The position numbers and the translations under genes are program-made. Below the pieces are notes generated by a model. The model made no database searches. It saw only the letters and a list, made by a program, of their open reading frames with translations, and was not told the origin of the DNA. A DNA stretch of 63,677 bases, filler included, from Asterionella formosa (lineage: Eukaryota): NCBI GenBank assembly GCA_002256025.1. It is 21 parts of 21 records of this genome, joined end to end, with 100 filler letters (N's around TTAATTAATTAA, not from the genome) between each part and the next. Parts side by side here need not be neighbours in the genome. Positions count along the whole stretch, not along the records: positions 7,211 to 34,881 come from NKIB01001444.1; 20 more parts are not named here. One strand, written 5' to 3'. Below, one piece after another: positions 10,984 through 22,060 of the stretch; positions within the stretch are counted from its first letter, which is position 1; each line of letters begins with the position of its first letter.

Positions 10984-13149
10984 TAATTAGTTAAAGGTTG
11001 AAGTAACAGCAACAAAATGGGGACCAGTGACAATGATGGCCCCAGAGATGACAATATAAACACTCCACAAAAAGAAAAGAAGGAATCAAGGGAGACCAGA
11101 AAGAAACAACACATGTATGGGTACCACAAGCTCATGATACCAAGACAGGAGCCCAAGTTTGAGGGCAAATGCGATGACCTAAAGGGCCACATTTATGACT
11201 GTTCCAATGTAAGACAGCCAGATATCTTCATGAAGAAAACAAAGGAGATTGGAGAATTAGTCAGAAGGACATACAAGTATGGTGGGTAAATCTGGTTGGT
11301 TGTTGAGAATCTGGAGTTACCAGTCATGGCTGAACCAAGTGACCCACCAGAAAATTCGACCAGGACTCAAAAAAGGATCTGGGAAAAGCAAGTTGATGAG
11401 TTTGTAAAGTGGAGACGCTATCTTGCTTAAAAAATCAAGACTTTATACTCATTGGTGTGGGGACAGGAGTGCACCAACATCATGCAACAGAAGATCAAGG
11501 CACTGGACACATTTGATAATATGTTGAGTACAGGTGATGGACTATCACTATTAAGGCCATTAAGGACATGGCATATAATTTCCAAAGCCAAAAATATTTT
11601 CTCCACTTTCTAAATAAATTGAAGTGCCGATTCTACCTATGAACTCAAGGACAGTTTGCAACGACAAATGAAGTATAATTAGAACAGCAGTTTCAAAACT
11701 TAGTTGACATGATTGAACACAGTGGCAGGTCTGTTGGGCATGATCCAGGAATCGAAAAAATCATTGCCACAGAGCAGGGAAAGAATCTATCGACAATGAA
11801 TTCATCTATGAGAGAGGAAATAAAAAGGGATGCCCAGGGGAAGTACCTTGCTGTTGCTTCTTTCCTACTTGGCGCTTACCAATCGCACTTTAGAAGGCCA
11901 GTAGAGAATCTGAAGATCGATTTTTTGCAGGGTCAGAACAATCATCCTACTACGGTCACTGCTGCACATCATCTTCTCACCATCTGGAAACAGGAGTCTC
12001 GGAATCTTTTGCGCCCAATAGGGCCTGCCAGTGATGGTGTGTCATTTACAAATGTCCATGATAATACATCTGATCCTGAAGTCACTCTTGCAAACAATGA
12101 GCCATGTGACAGGGCCAGCATAACATGTCACAAATGCGGCAAGCAAGGGCATTATGCAAAAGAGTGTACTGAGCAACGTCAGTCGGCCGGGAGTGACAAT
12201 ACTCATTGCTGGTATGGAGGATGGAGAGTTCTTGATAACCTTTCAACTGTGGATGTGTTTCAATGTGTTTCACAATGCTGCCTTACTAGGCAATAAACAT
12301 GAGGGTAAGATTCACATGGATATACATTGCGATTCCAGAGTCACTAGCACCAAAATGGTTGGAGAAATGCCTGGATATGGTACAGTGTGGTACCATCCCA
12401 ATGGCATAGCAAACATTCTATCCTTATCCCGAGTGAAGGAAAGGGGATACAGAGTCACACATGACAGCACAAACGGGAACGAGTTCATGGTTCATTAATC
12501 AGATGGGACTTCAAGAATATTAATGGAATCTGAGCAAGGCTTGTAATTGCTTCATGTACACCAATGCCAGCGTGCTAGCCGTCGCTCTAATCAACACAGT
12601 AGCAGATAATCGGTCTAGCTACACAAACTGTGAGTACTCCCGCGCTATGTTGCTAGCTCGTAAAATCCAAATAATGATAGGACGGCCAGCAAGCACACAT
12701 ACTTTAATGAAAATTGATGACAACAACCTACTATCCAACTGTCCAAATAATCGAAGCAACATTGCTGCGGCAGAAAACATTTTTGGGCCAGATTTGAGAT
12801 CTCTTGAAGGCAAAACCATCTATCAGGCAGCCACATGGGTAGAGGCCTACACTGTCAATATCCCAGAAGAAATAATGAGTCAATACCGTGACATCATCCT
12901 TGCTGGACACATCATGTTTGTCAACAAGATACCATTCTTTATGCTGAGAATATCCCGATACATTAAGTTTGGAACTGCCAAGATGATATAAAATCAGCAA
13001 GGTAGTAATACAATCCTTACTGCGATTGTTAAGCAAGTAATGAGCATCTAGATGAAAAGTATATTTTAAAGTATGCGTGATAGAGCCTCGAATATAGTGG
13101 AGTTCGTGGGTTGCACCAGAGCCTAGCGCGCCCGGTAGAAACAATACAA

Positions 13150-14150
13150 TTTTTGCATTAAAGTGTCCGAAAATGTAGAAACCGTCAGTCACCAGGGGAG
13201 CTCGTGATTATTTCCGCAATGCGAATTTTTTATTTGCGTAAAGAACATGCAGTTTATTGTTACATTTCTATATGTATGTCTATCATAAACTTTAAATTGA
13301 CCTTATCAAGACTCCATAGAAATATGGACCATGACAATTAGTGCTTGTTACATGGCTGAAACTCACTACAAATTTGACATAGAGGTATTTCTTGCATCTT
13401 GAGGTGTTGTGCTCTCTCCGAGATTTCTATTGCTCAAGTTTTCTCATCAATTTGTACAGCATATAGCAATAATTATCTTATAGAAGTTATCAAGCTAGTT
13501 ACGGTGGACTCAACGATGTCTCGTTTTTGCTCGTATCTTCAAAACTGAGCAAATGACGACCAAAAGCAACTTCCAGCGGCGATTTTTGTCAATACCAGGC
13601 AGTGCAAAACATTATGTTATTGAACGATTATCTCTTCTATGTTAGTCTACATACTCGTGCGAAATAGGAATTGTTCATTGTCAGTATTCGTGAAGATATT
13701 CAACTCCATAATTTTGTCATGGTCAAGATGGAGTTGCTGTCTCATCAACCCCATACCACAGGCAGCTGTACAAACATACCACATGCAAGTACTGGTAGTA
13801 CCCAGTAGTATGTATGCCAAGCATATATAATATACAACGCTATATATACGGAATGTACAAAGCATATACTATACAATGTTTGTTGTATGTATGATGTGTT
13901 CCAGCCATGTCGAAAATGTAAGTACATCTTATACAGTATGTATCCGATTTCTTGACAAAATATACAGTGGTACAAATTTATTTTTATTCTTCGATTTTCA
14001 ATATACTAAGTAAAAAGAGTCATTGAAAATTTAGTTTCTATCATTGATAGAAATTAAAATTGATTTGCTACAAATTTATTCAAAAAAAGTAATCCCGAGT
14101 TCCCCCGACAAACTCATTATGCATTTTCGGACACTTTTATGCAAAAAGGG
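13150..14150. mobile_element. Non-autonomous TIR element (piggyBac-like right end) nested in the copia integrase
   Basis: TTTTTGCATTAAAGTGTCCGAAAATG at 13150 is inverted as CATTTTCGGACACTTTTATGCAAAAA-GGG at 14122-14150. A second imperfect IR lies internally (GGGGAGCTCGTGATTA / TAATCCCGAGTTCCCC). No coding capacity. Confidence 0.7.
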
Positions 14151-14507
14151 TAATGGACCAATGGATGATAAGATGGGTTTGTTGCTGCTCATATGCAGTC
14201 AAGGGGCCGGAGCGTTGATTTTGGCAGACATGGTATGCAGTGATAATGGTGAGACGGCTGTGGTTTGCAACCCGAACTGCTGGAGCCATTGCCCTTCGTC
14301 CCACAGCCAGGCAACGAATAAGGCGGATACTATTTCCTCAGCCTCACTACTGGTCGTGTCCTTTATAAAAACCACTGGACGGAACTACCTATGCCGCATG
14401 AGTTCATTGATCAGGTACATGCACTCGCCCACCGCAATGGTAGCAGCATGGGCACAGCAGGCCTTGAATTTACTGATCGAGATGGGGGTAATCCACTAGT
14501 CAACACA

Positions 14508-14632
14508 GATGATGATGACAGTGATGATGAATCTTATAACCCAAATCCCTCTGATGATGGTTATGATGGTGATGATGGTGATGATGGTGATGATGGTGAT
14601 GATGGTGATGATGATGATGATGGTGATGATGG

Positions 14633-14679
<47 letters not shown>

Positions 14680-14733
14680 ATGATGATTATGATGATTATG
14701 ATGATTATGATGATTATGATGATTATGATGATT

Positions 14734-14800
<67 letters not shown>

Positions 14801-14828
14801 GTATGAGTATGAGTATGAGTATGAGTAT
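14508..14828 (+). repeat. Compound microsatellite (GAT)n/(GATGATGGT)n/(GATGATTAT)n/(GAGTAT)n in the copia integrase-RT linker
   Basis: Read directly from the sequence; encodes in-frame poly-D, DDG, DDY and EY tracts. Confidence 0.95.
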
Positions 14829-16458
14829 AAGTTTGATGACATCCCCAATGATCTTGACAATGAGTCAAATGATGACAACAATGGGTATGATGATAACAAT
14901 GCCAATGACTCCAATGCTGCTCTCATTGCAAGAGTGTATGGCAACGAAAATGGAAATGAAAATAATGAGCATGATGACAATATTGAATACGAAAATGTTA
15001 GTGAACCTGATGAAGAACAAATCGAACAAGAAAACAACAATGAATATGGGAATGAAATTGAATTACAAATCCCTGAGCAAGGAAATGTGGAAACTGAATC
15101 CGGTGAAGCCGATAACGACTTTGAGAATGAAATGGATGAATGCTATGAGATGCGCAGTGAAAACTATGATCTCTGTCCTAGGCGTCCACATGACTACAGT
15201 CACTTAGACACCACACTTGAGAGCATTATCATGACACAACACAGTATGAAGAAAAGAATTAAGCTGTTTGGGGAGGCAGGTGTAGATGCAGTACTGTAGG
15301 AGCTGCAACAGCTTCATGATCGAGAAGTTATAAAGCCCAAAAATGCACCTGAGTTGTCAGCAAGCAATAAAAAGGGGCAATACAATAATTAATGTTCTTA
15401 AAACAGAAGCTTAACTGCACTGTTAAGGGCAGAGGATGTGCAGACTGAAGAAAACAACGAGATTACACCTTTAAGGAAGAATTCAGCTCGCCCACAGTGG
15501 CAATTGAATCAGTAATGTTGTCAAGCGTCATAGATGCAAAGGAATGTCGAGACGTTTTGACTGTTGACATCCCAGGTGCATTTTGGCAAGCCGACATGGA
15601 ATACAAAATTCACATGAAATTGGAGGGGAAAATGGATGAACTCCTTGTCAGAATCAATCCAAAATTATTTAGTAGGAAACATGTCCAAGTTGAACGTGGA
15701 GAACAGGTGCTTTCTGTTGAGCTAGAAAGCACACTAAGGAATGGAGAGGCCGCCACTCCAACTGCAGGACAACTTTTTGAAACTAATGGAACTGATACCA
15801 TCCCGCTTGGTGAGGAATAGGCTGAAATGTCCATTTCAATGTTTTGCCATGCTTCTGTTCCTATGCAAACGGGCCCGTCCTGAGATACAAAACGCCGTGG
15901 CTTTCCTCTGTACCCAAGGGAAGGGACCAGAGGACACAGACGACTTAAAAAAGCTTGCCCACATAATGAAACACCTCAGATTATCAAATGGTGGATTGAT
16001 ACGTCATTTGCTGTTCTTCTGACATGAAAAGCCACACTGGTGGTGCCATGAAGCTAGGAAAAGGAATGATATGAGATGCCACATCCACTTGCCAAAAAAT
16101 CAATACCAGGAGTTCCACTGAGGGGGAACTGGTGGGTGTAAATGATGTCATGCCGCAGCACAGGGATATGATATTATGGACTCACTCACCATCTACCAGG
16201 ACAACCAGAATACCATGCTGTCATTGGAAAAGAATGGCCATTCCTCCAGCAGTAAACGGACTTGCCATATTAACATTCGGTACTTCTTTGTTACCAACCG
16301 TATTGCCTCCAAGGATGTGTCTGTCACATATTGTCCAACTGGCAATATGATTGCTAATTGTTTTACAAAGCCCCTCCAGGGGTCGTTATTCAAGAAGTTT
16401 CGGAATCAAATCCTGAACATTGATTCATTGACTGACAGCTCATTGGATCACAGGAGTG

Positions 16459-16718
16459 TGTTAGGAAACCTACATACGACAATTGTACATGATGATGCAT
16501 GGACTGTGGTCCAACACAAACAAATTAAGAAAAAGCGCTATGCTGGGCGCCCTGTCATCACAGAACTGATTAGCAGTTCGATTGCCACATCGAATGCTCA
16601 CTTTAACTTATTATCTGGCTTACAATCAATTTGACCACTCTGCACTCTGTGTGAACATTCCCCTCATTCTGTTGTCTTATCGGCACAGTTGGGGGATGTA
16701 AATACGGTAGTTTCAACA
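16459..16718 (+). repeat. 3' LTR family A (260 bp)
   Basis: Preceded by purine-rich CAGGAGTG; TGTTAGG...TTTCAACA. Confidence 0.93.
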
Positions 16719-16723
16719 GTCCC

Positions 16724-16937
16724 TGTCCGGCAACATGTTGTCTGTATCAGGAAAATGACCGCAACCAGCAGAATTCGAAAAATAGTCAGCACCACAACTA
16801 AAACTCATAATTCTATAAAATCTTTTAGGAATGATTACAATCAACCATTCTTCATAGTATCTACAGCCTATTTGGTCCCTGACATATCCTTACAGGATAC
16901 GAAAAGCAATAGAAGGCTTCAGGGCACAATTTCAACA
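16724..16937 (+). repeat. LTR remnant of copia family C
   Basis: Shares ataattctat-aaa, gattacaatc, tatctacagcctatttggtccctgac, tccttacaggatac and the caatttcaaca end with the LTR at 61980-62238. Confidence 0.8.
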
Positions 16938-17689
16938 CCTTGTGATGTTCCATGATTTCCTCTTTGCAAGGCAATGGAGTCAATCCTTCTGTCACAAAGC
17001 ATTTGACATGCGAACCTCTCTCTTGATCCTCCTTGATTCTTCCACACAAGCAACAGAAGTTATATTGGACCAAGTCAGGATATGTACCCAAAAGGGTACT
17101 TGTACTGTTTGGTAAAGGTATGTTTTACATTTCAAATTCACAACATTTCTCCATGTAGTAGTACGATTAGAAAGTTGTGGTAATCGTGAAGTCTACTGGC
17201 ATATCAGAACCTAATGATTTTCAATTTGATGCACATATGAAGAAAAGATTAAAAACGTGAACTGTCCTAATGACTGTACCAGTGCCTTTGGGTAACATAA
17301 CACGATATGTAGATGAATGATAATTTTTAAAAGTTAATCCATCATTGAAGGAAGAAGAATGCTTCGTTGGGACCAAACCACAAAACATGAAGGTAGGGAA
17401 TTATGTACTAGCGGCAACAGTTTACCATCATGACCAACGTTTACCTAGGTGAGGAACAATGTGAATTGGATTGAGTCAAGGAATCAATCTGATTGGACTG
17501 GTATAGAAGCTAGTATTTGTCGAACTCGCAATGAACTAATGCTGATGAACTATCCCTATTTAAATTGTCTTAGCCCAAGAAACTAACTACAATAGGTTGG
17601 AGTTGGGTACGTATCCCACCACTTGTTTCTGTTCCATCGCTTCCAACGAATCCGCCATTCTCATCTCTACATCGAACCTCTCTTTCTAT

Positions 17690-18268
17690 TTACTGCACTA
17701 CCTGAAGAGGTGCGCTTTCCAAAGCCCGGATGCGTGCCTCCAAGTCGGCTTCACGAGCTTTGGCAGCTTCCAATTCTACCTGTGATCTTTGAATCTCAGT
17801 CTCTTGGCGATAATCTCTCATTTCGTTTCCGCTGTTGCCAATAGCGCCAAGTCCATAACCAAGACCGAATCCACCGAAGGGGTTGTACCCAAAGGGACTG
17901 TATCCCATCGGACTGAGAATAACAGTGGAAGTTGGAGCCATGGGTCGGACAATAGTGGTACTGGATGATCTGTAAACTGTAGACGGACGAGAAGGAGAGC
18001 GAGCAGGAGAGTATGAGCGACCTCCTGCTCTGCCACCACTGCGGCCAGCGACGATTTGGGAAGAGCCAAAGTCAGCAGCCAGGACTGGCTCGGCCGTCAA
18101 GAGCGATCCAGCCAAGAAAGCGGCGGCGACAAATGAGGCCGCGATCTTGTTCTCGTTCTTCATGGAGAGCGAGGTTTGAATGTGGATCACTGGCGCGACA
18201 GGGGCGAAGGCGGCGACAGGTCCAAGGGAAAGGACAAATGCGGCGACGATTACGGCGAAAGATTTCAT
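17690..18268 (-). CDS. Plastid (probably thylakoid)-targeted protein with GRSGGRAGG motif and C-terminal coiled coil
   Basis: MKSFAVIVAAFVLSLGPVAA|FAP is a signal peptide with ASAFAP-type cleavage. A second hydrophobic segment ending PVLA|ADF resembles a lumen signal. Likely start is 18268, not 18373. Confidence 0.75.
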   Translation of the reverse strand: MKSFAVIVAAFVLSLGPVAAFAPVAPVIHIQTSLSMKNENKIAASFVAAAFLAGSLLTAEPVLAADFGSSQIVAGRSGGRAGGRSYSPARSPSRPSTVYRSSSTTIVRPMAPTSTVILSPMGYSPFGYNPFGGFGLGYGLGAIGNSGNEMRDYRQETEIQRSQVELEAAKAREADLEARIRALESAPLQVVQ

Positions 18269-18970
18269 GGCTGGGGATGATGATGACAGGGAATGATAAT
18301 CTATGTCGGAGGTATGGAAAGGTGACTTCAAGTATCCATTCGATGCACAAGTCGACAAATACGTAAATACCATCGTAACATGCTACGGTAACATTGTCGT
18401 CAGCACGTCAACCAAAACCAACTAGGTACCGGTACCAGGGTCCCTAATGCTCACGGCACGACAGGGGGAGTCCATCTGGTTTTCTACAACGACCAGGGCT
18501 TGTGATTACGTCAGCAGTCATTCATGTTCCTCCTCCTACGGTACCTGGTACCAGTACCAGGTAACAACCGGTAGACTACCAGGTAGTATCTTGATCTACA
18601 GAAAGTCGCAATATATTTTGTACTGGTGGCACCTGGTACCAGCAGGCACTCAATTTTCCAGTTAAAATCAATTTGAGTCCTGTCTGTGCTTTTGTATGAT
18701 GGTGTCCAACCTGGTAGACTACCTGGTACCTGGTGGAAGTGGAGTACCTGGGACTCCTGGATAATGCATTTGTGCAGGAGCTGTTTCAATCACCCCATGG
18801 AAACTGGTACCATGGTACGTGTCGAACCATCGTGATGGGACTCATCCTTCTGATAGTTCAGCTATCAGCCATCCTTATCACAATTATCTCCGGTGCGGAT
18901 TGAACGAGATTGTCGACGAATCTATAGTTTGCAACATACAAATTCCATAGAAAAACAAGCATCATCCACC

Positions 18971-20665
18971 ATGCTACCTCGCCTTGGTTGCAAACGATCA
19001 ATGACATCCATGTGTCTACTTGGACGAGGTTCGTACAGATCGGTCCGTTCAAGCAGTCATTACGTTACGACGAAGAGATTCAAAAGTCACATTTCAATCG
19101 TGAGCAACAACGACTTGGTTCCACGTGAAACGCCCAACGCCAAACAAACCATTGATTTCCAAAATTCACAGGCAAATTTTTCCGCCAAAACAACCGCACA
19201 AGTCCTTCGAGCGACAATTGTCTATCAATTTTGCAAGTTTCCCTTATTAGTGAAGAACGCTGATTACTTGCTTCGCATTTCACGAAGCTTATTGGGTGAC
19301 ACCATCACTGATAATTTTCTCAAGGCGACATTCTTTGGTCAGTTCTGTGCCGGCGAAGACGAACAAACAATCCAACCAGTCATGGAATACCTCAATTCAA
19401 ATGGAATCGGTGGCATTTTAGACTATGCAGCTGAGAATGACATTCACCCAGGCATGAGCAAACAGGATAATGATTTTCCTAGGACTAGCTATGACTACAA
19501 GTCAGAAGCTGCATGTGATGTTCACGTGGAAGCATTTCGATCTTGTATCAGGTCCGTGGCAAAGGTGGCTCCAGACGGCTTTGCAGCCTTGAAAGTAACT
19601 GCCTTGGGAAATCCCAAACTGCTAGAAAGAATGTCTCATGCTCTTAAACAAGCAGAGAAACTTTTTTCCAACTTGGACACAAACCGAGATGGTGTCGTGT
19701 CTCGACAAGAATTCAAAGATGGATATCGCTACTACTTTACAAATGTTGATGACAAATTACCAGAATTGCTTGAACTTTTGGATCCTTGTGATACAGGGAC
19801 TGTGGATTACATTACTTGGACTAAGCTTTTCACACCTCAAGATCTTCCCCGTTTGATAGCAAATCTACATGGGAATGGCACTCTGCCCAATGCCACACTT
19901 ACTGAGGAAGAACTAAAACTGATGGAAGTCATGTTTCATCGTGCCTACAAGGTGGCTGACGAAGCTGTAAAATGTGGCACCAAGATTTTGGTCGATGCGG
20001 AGCAAACACGATTTCAACCAGCAATTGATACTCTTGTCTTTCATCTTCAACAAAAATTCAATTCGACAGAGACTGCAAAATCACCAGTGATCTTCAACAC
20101 GTATCAATGCTATTTAAAGGATACTGTCCAACGCTTAAGAATGGACGTGGAGCGGTCAGAGAGATTCTCCTACCATTTTGGAGCCAAATTAGTTCGAGGT
20201 GCATACATGGAAAGTGAAAAAGCCTCGGCGGCCATGTTGCACTATCCCAGTCCCATTCATGAAACGGTTGAAGATACGCATATGTGTTACAACGATTCTG
20301 TGGAATTCCTAATGCGCAAATCTGTCGAAAGTAATAGGGAGATCGAAGTAATGTGTGCGACGCACAATGAAAACAGCATCCGGCGAGCCATTCAATTGAT
20401 GGGTGAACTTGGAATCGCAAAAGATTCTCACTCTGTATATTTTGGCCAACTCTTCGGCATGTCGGATAATTTGACTTTTAATCTTGGTAAGCATGGATAT
20501 CGGACATACAAGTATGTACCTTACGGAGAAGTAAAGCAAGTCATGCCGTTTTTAATGCGCCGAGCTCAAGAGAATAGTTCCGTTCTAGGAAACGCAAAAC
20601 GAGAGTTGGAGTTTCTAAAAGCTGAGGTATGGAGACGCATGAAACTGCCCTTCCGAACATCCTAA
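18971..20665 (+). CDS. PRODH: Mitochondrial proline dehydrogenase with EF-hand insert
   Basis: FFGQFCAGED, ILDYAAE, LKVTALG, VDAEQT, NTYQCYLKD, GAKLVRGAYM, ATHNENS, FGQLFGM, KYVPYG, RRAQENS; Arg/Ser-rich presequence. Confidence 0.95.
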   Translation: MLPRLGCKRSMTSMCLLGRGSYRSVRSSSHYVTTKRFKSHISIVSNNDLVPRETPNAKQTIDFQNSQANFSAKTTAQVLRATIVYQFCKFPLLVKNADYLLRISRSLLGDTITDNFLKATFFGQFCAGEDEQTIQPVMEYLNSNGIGGILDYAAENDIHPGMSKQDNDFPRTSYDYKSEAACDVHVEAFRSCIRSVAKVAPDGFAALKVTALGNPKLLERMSHALKQAEKLFSNLDTNRDGVVSRQEFKDGYRYYFTNVDDKLPELLELLDPCDTGTVDYITWTKLFTPQDLPRLIANLHGNGTLPNATLTEEELKLMEVMFHRAYKVADEAVKCGTKILVDAEQTRFQPAIDTLVFHLQQKFNSTETAKSPVIFNTYQCYLKDTVQRLRMDVERSERFSYHFGAKLVRGAYMESEKASAAMLHYPSPIHETVEDTHMCYNDSVEFLMRKSVESNREIEVMCATHNENSIRRAIQLMGELGIAKDSHSVYFGQLFGMSDNLTFNLGKHGYRTYKYVPYGEVKQVMPFLMRRAQENSSVLGNAKRELEFLKAEVWRRMKLPFRTS

Positions 20666-20811
20666 CAACTGCGACAAACTGGACATGCCGGTATAGGCGC
20701 AAACTATCAGAAAAATATATTTGAATACATGTTAACTATTAAACATTCGTATCAAGCACAGCTTTGAGTAGTCCATTCAAAGGAACATGGATAGAACAGA
20801 CTTAAGCTTTT

Positions 20812-22060
20812 TTAATCTCTTGCATTTTTGATGACTATATTCTTCTTGACCAGATCGGTCCAATCCTTGTCTTGTTGCGGCGTCAATACCAGAGGATCAA
20901 ATTCTGGAGGCGGCTTGCTTTCCTTGCTCCCGTCACATGCTCGGTTAAGAATCTTTTTGTCCTTTCGTGAATGGTAACATCCTGGCTCAGCCAACAAATG
21001 AGCGTGTTGCGGAAGGGCTGCCACAGCGGGATTGATAAATACTTGTATATTGAGCCACACATGTTGGGCATTATAAAGTTCTCCGTTGGGGGCGGTACTC
21101 TGGAATTTTTCTGATAAGGCAACAGTTCGAGTAGCATTAGTCCATCCTTCACTGTAAATGAATCCGTACATCCTAAACTTGTTTATCCACCTTTACAAGA
21201 AGAATGGCAAATATAGTGAGAACGAGGCCAATTTCTAGAATAACCTTTGTCCAACAGCCGCACATGGGACTAAATCAATTGAAAAGCGAAACTCACCAGT
21301 CATCGTCATGAACTTCTACATGATGCCACCCACCCCATTTGCTATGAGTGGCAAATATTAAAGCTGATTTTCGAAAGGCTGCAAAATAATTGTGGTGATA
21401 GTTTCTCCCTACATGCTCCAGAAACTCCACGCACCAGACCGCATCATAAGTTTTCTCTGGCCACCACGGACCTCTTGAAAAATCATGTTCAATTATTTGT
21501 TTCTCTGGATGAGGCAACACAGTCTTGAGTACCGCATCGTGACTTCCCTCTAAACACAACGCCTCGACCCCATGCAAGTAAAACCAAGCCGTACTGATGC
21601 CTCGACCACACCCCACGTCCAACAATGATTTAATGCCGAAGAACTGGATCATAAATTTCCATGTTTCTGGAGAAATTCCCTGTAGATCAATGTCAGTAAA
21701 TCCACCCAAGTGTTTCTTGTCGCCTTTTCCGCCGTAAATGGATCGTTTTGGATTGTTGGCTTCTTCCTGGTCATCAATTCGAATGCTAGGGAGAGCCACA
21801 GCCTTGCCTTCTTTGGGAGCAAGTGCATATGCAGGGTGGAACCCGTTTCCTTGTGCGACCATTGCGGAGCTAACATCGAAAGACTCCTTATTCTGACGGG
21901 CCGCTCGATTTTGTCGCAATGTGTTTTGAAAGACCAGCAAGTTGCCCAAGATGAGAACCCAAACGAGGTTCGTAGATCTTATACTATAAATATTTCCAGT
22001 AGAAGAGTTGTTCCCGCGCTGAGTAAACGCCCATTTCGATCTTTTCTTTGGCACTGCCAT
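20812..22060 (-). CDS. Putative SAM-dependent methyltransferase, paralog 2 (exons 22060-21297 and 21190-20812; intron 21191-21296)
   Basis: LDVGCGRG motif. Removing the GTGAGT...AAG intron gives HDDDW/WINKFRMYG, matching HDSEWWIQKMQMYG in the paralog. Confidence 0.85.

Larger units (their letters stand above)
10720..16718 (+). mobile_element. Full-span degenerate Ty1/copia element (family A) with both LTRs, internal deletions and a nested insertion
   Basis: LTRs 10720-10983 and 16459-16718 (TG...CA); flanks GTCCG/GTCCC match a 5-bp TSD with 1 mismatch. gag has Zn knuckle CHKCGKQGHYAKEC; protease-like VLDNLSTVD; RT DIPGAF; RNase H YQDN/HINIRYFF/FTKPLQG; many stops and frameshifts. Confidence 0.92.

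Noticed and set aside
14500..15207. Poly-His, poly-Met and poly-Ser ORFs
   Set aside because: Alternative frames of the (GAT)n microsatellite.
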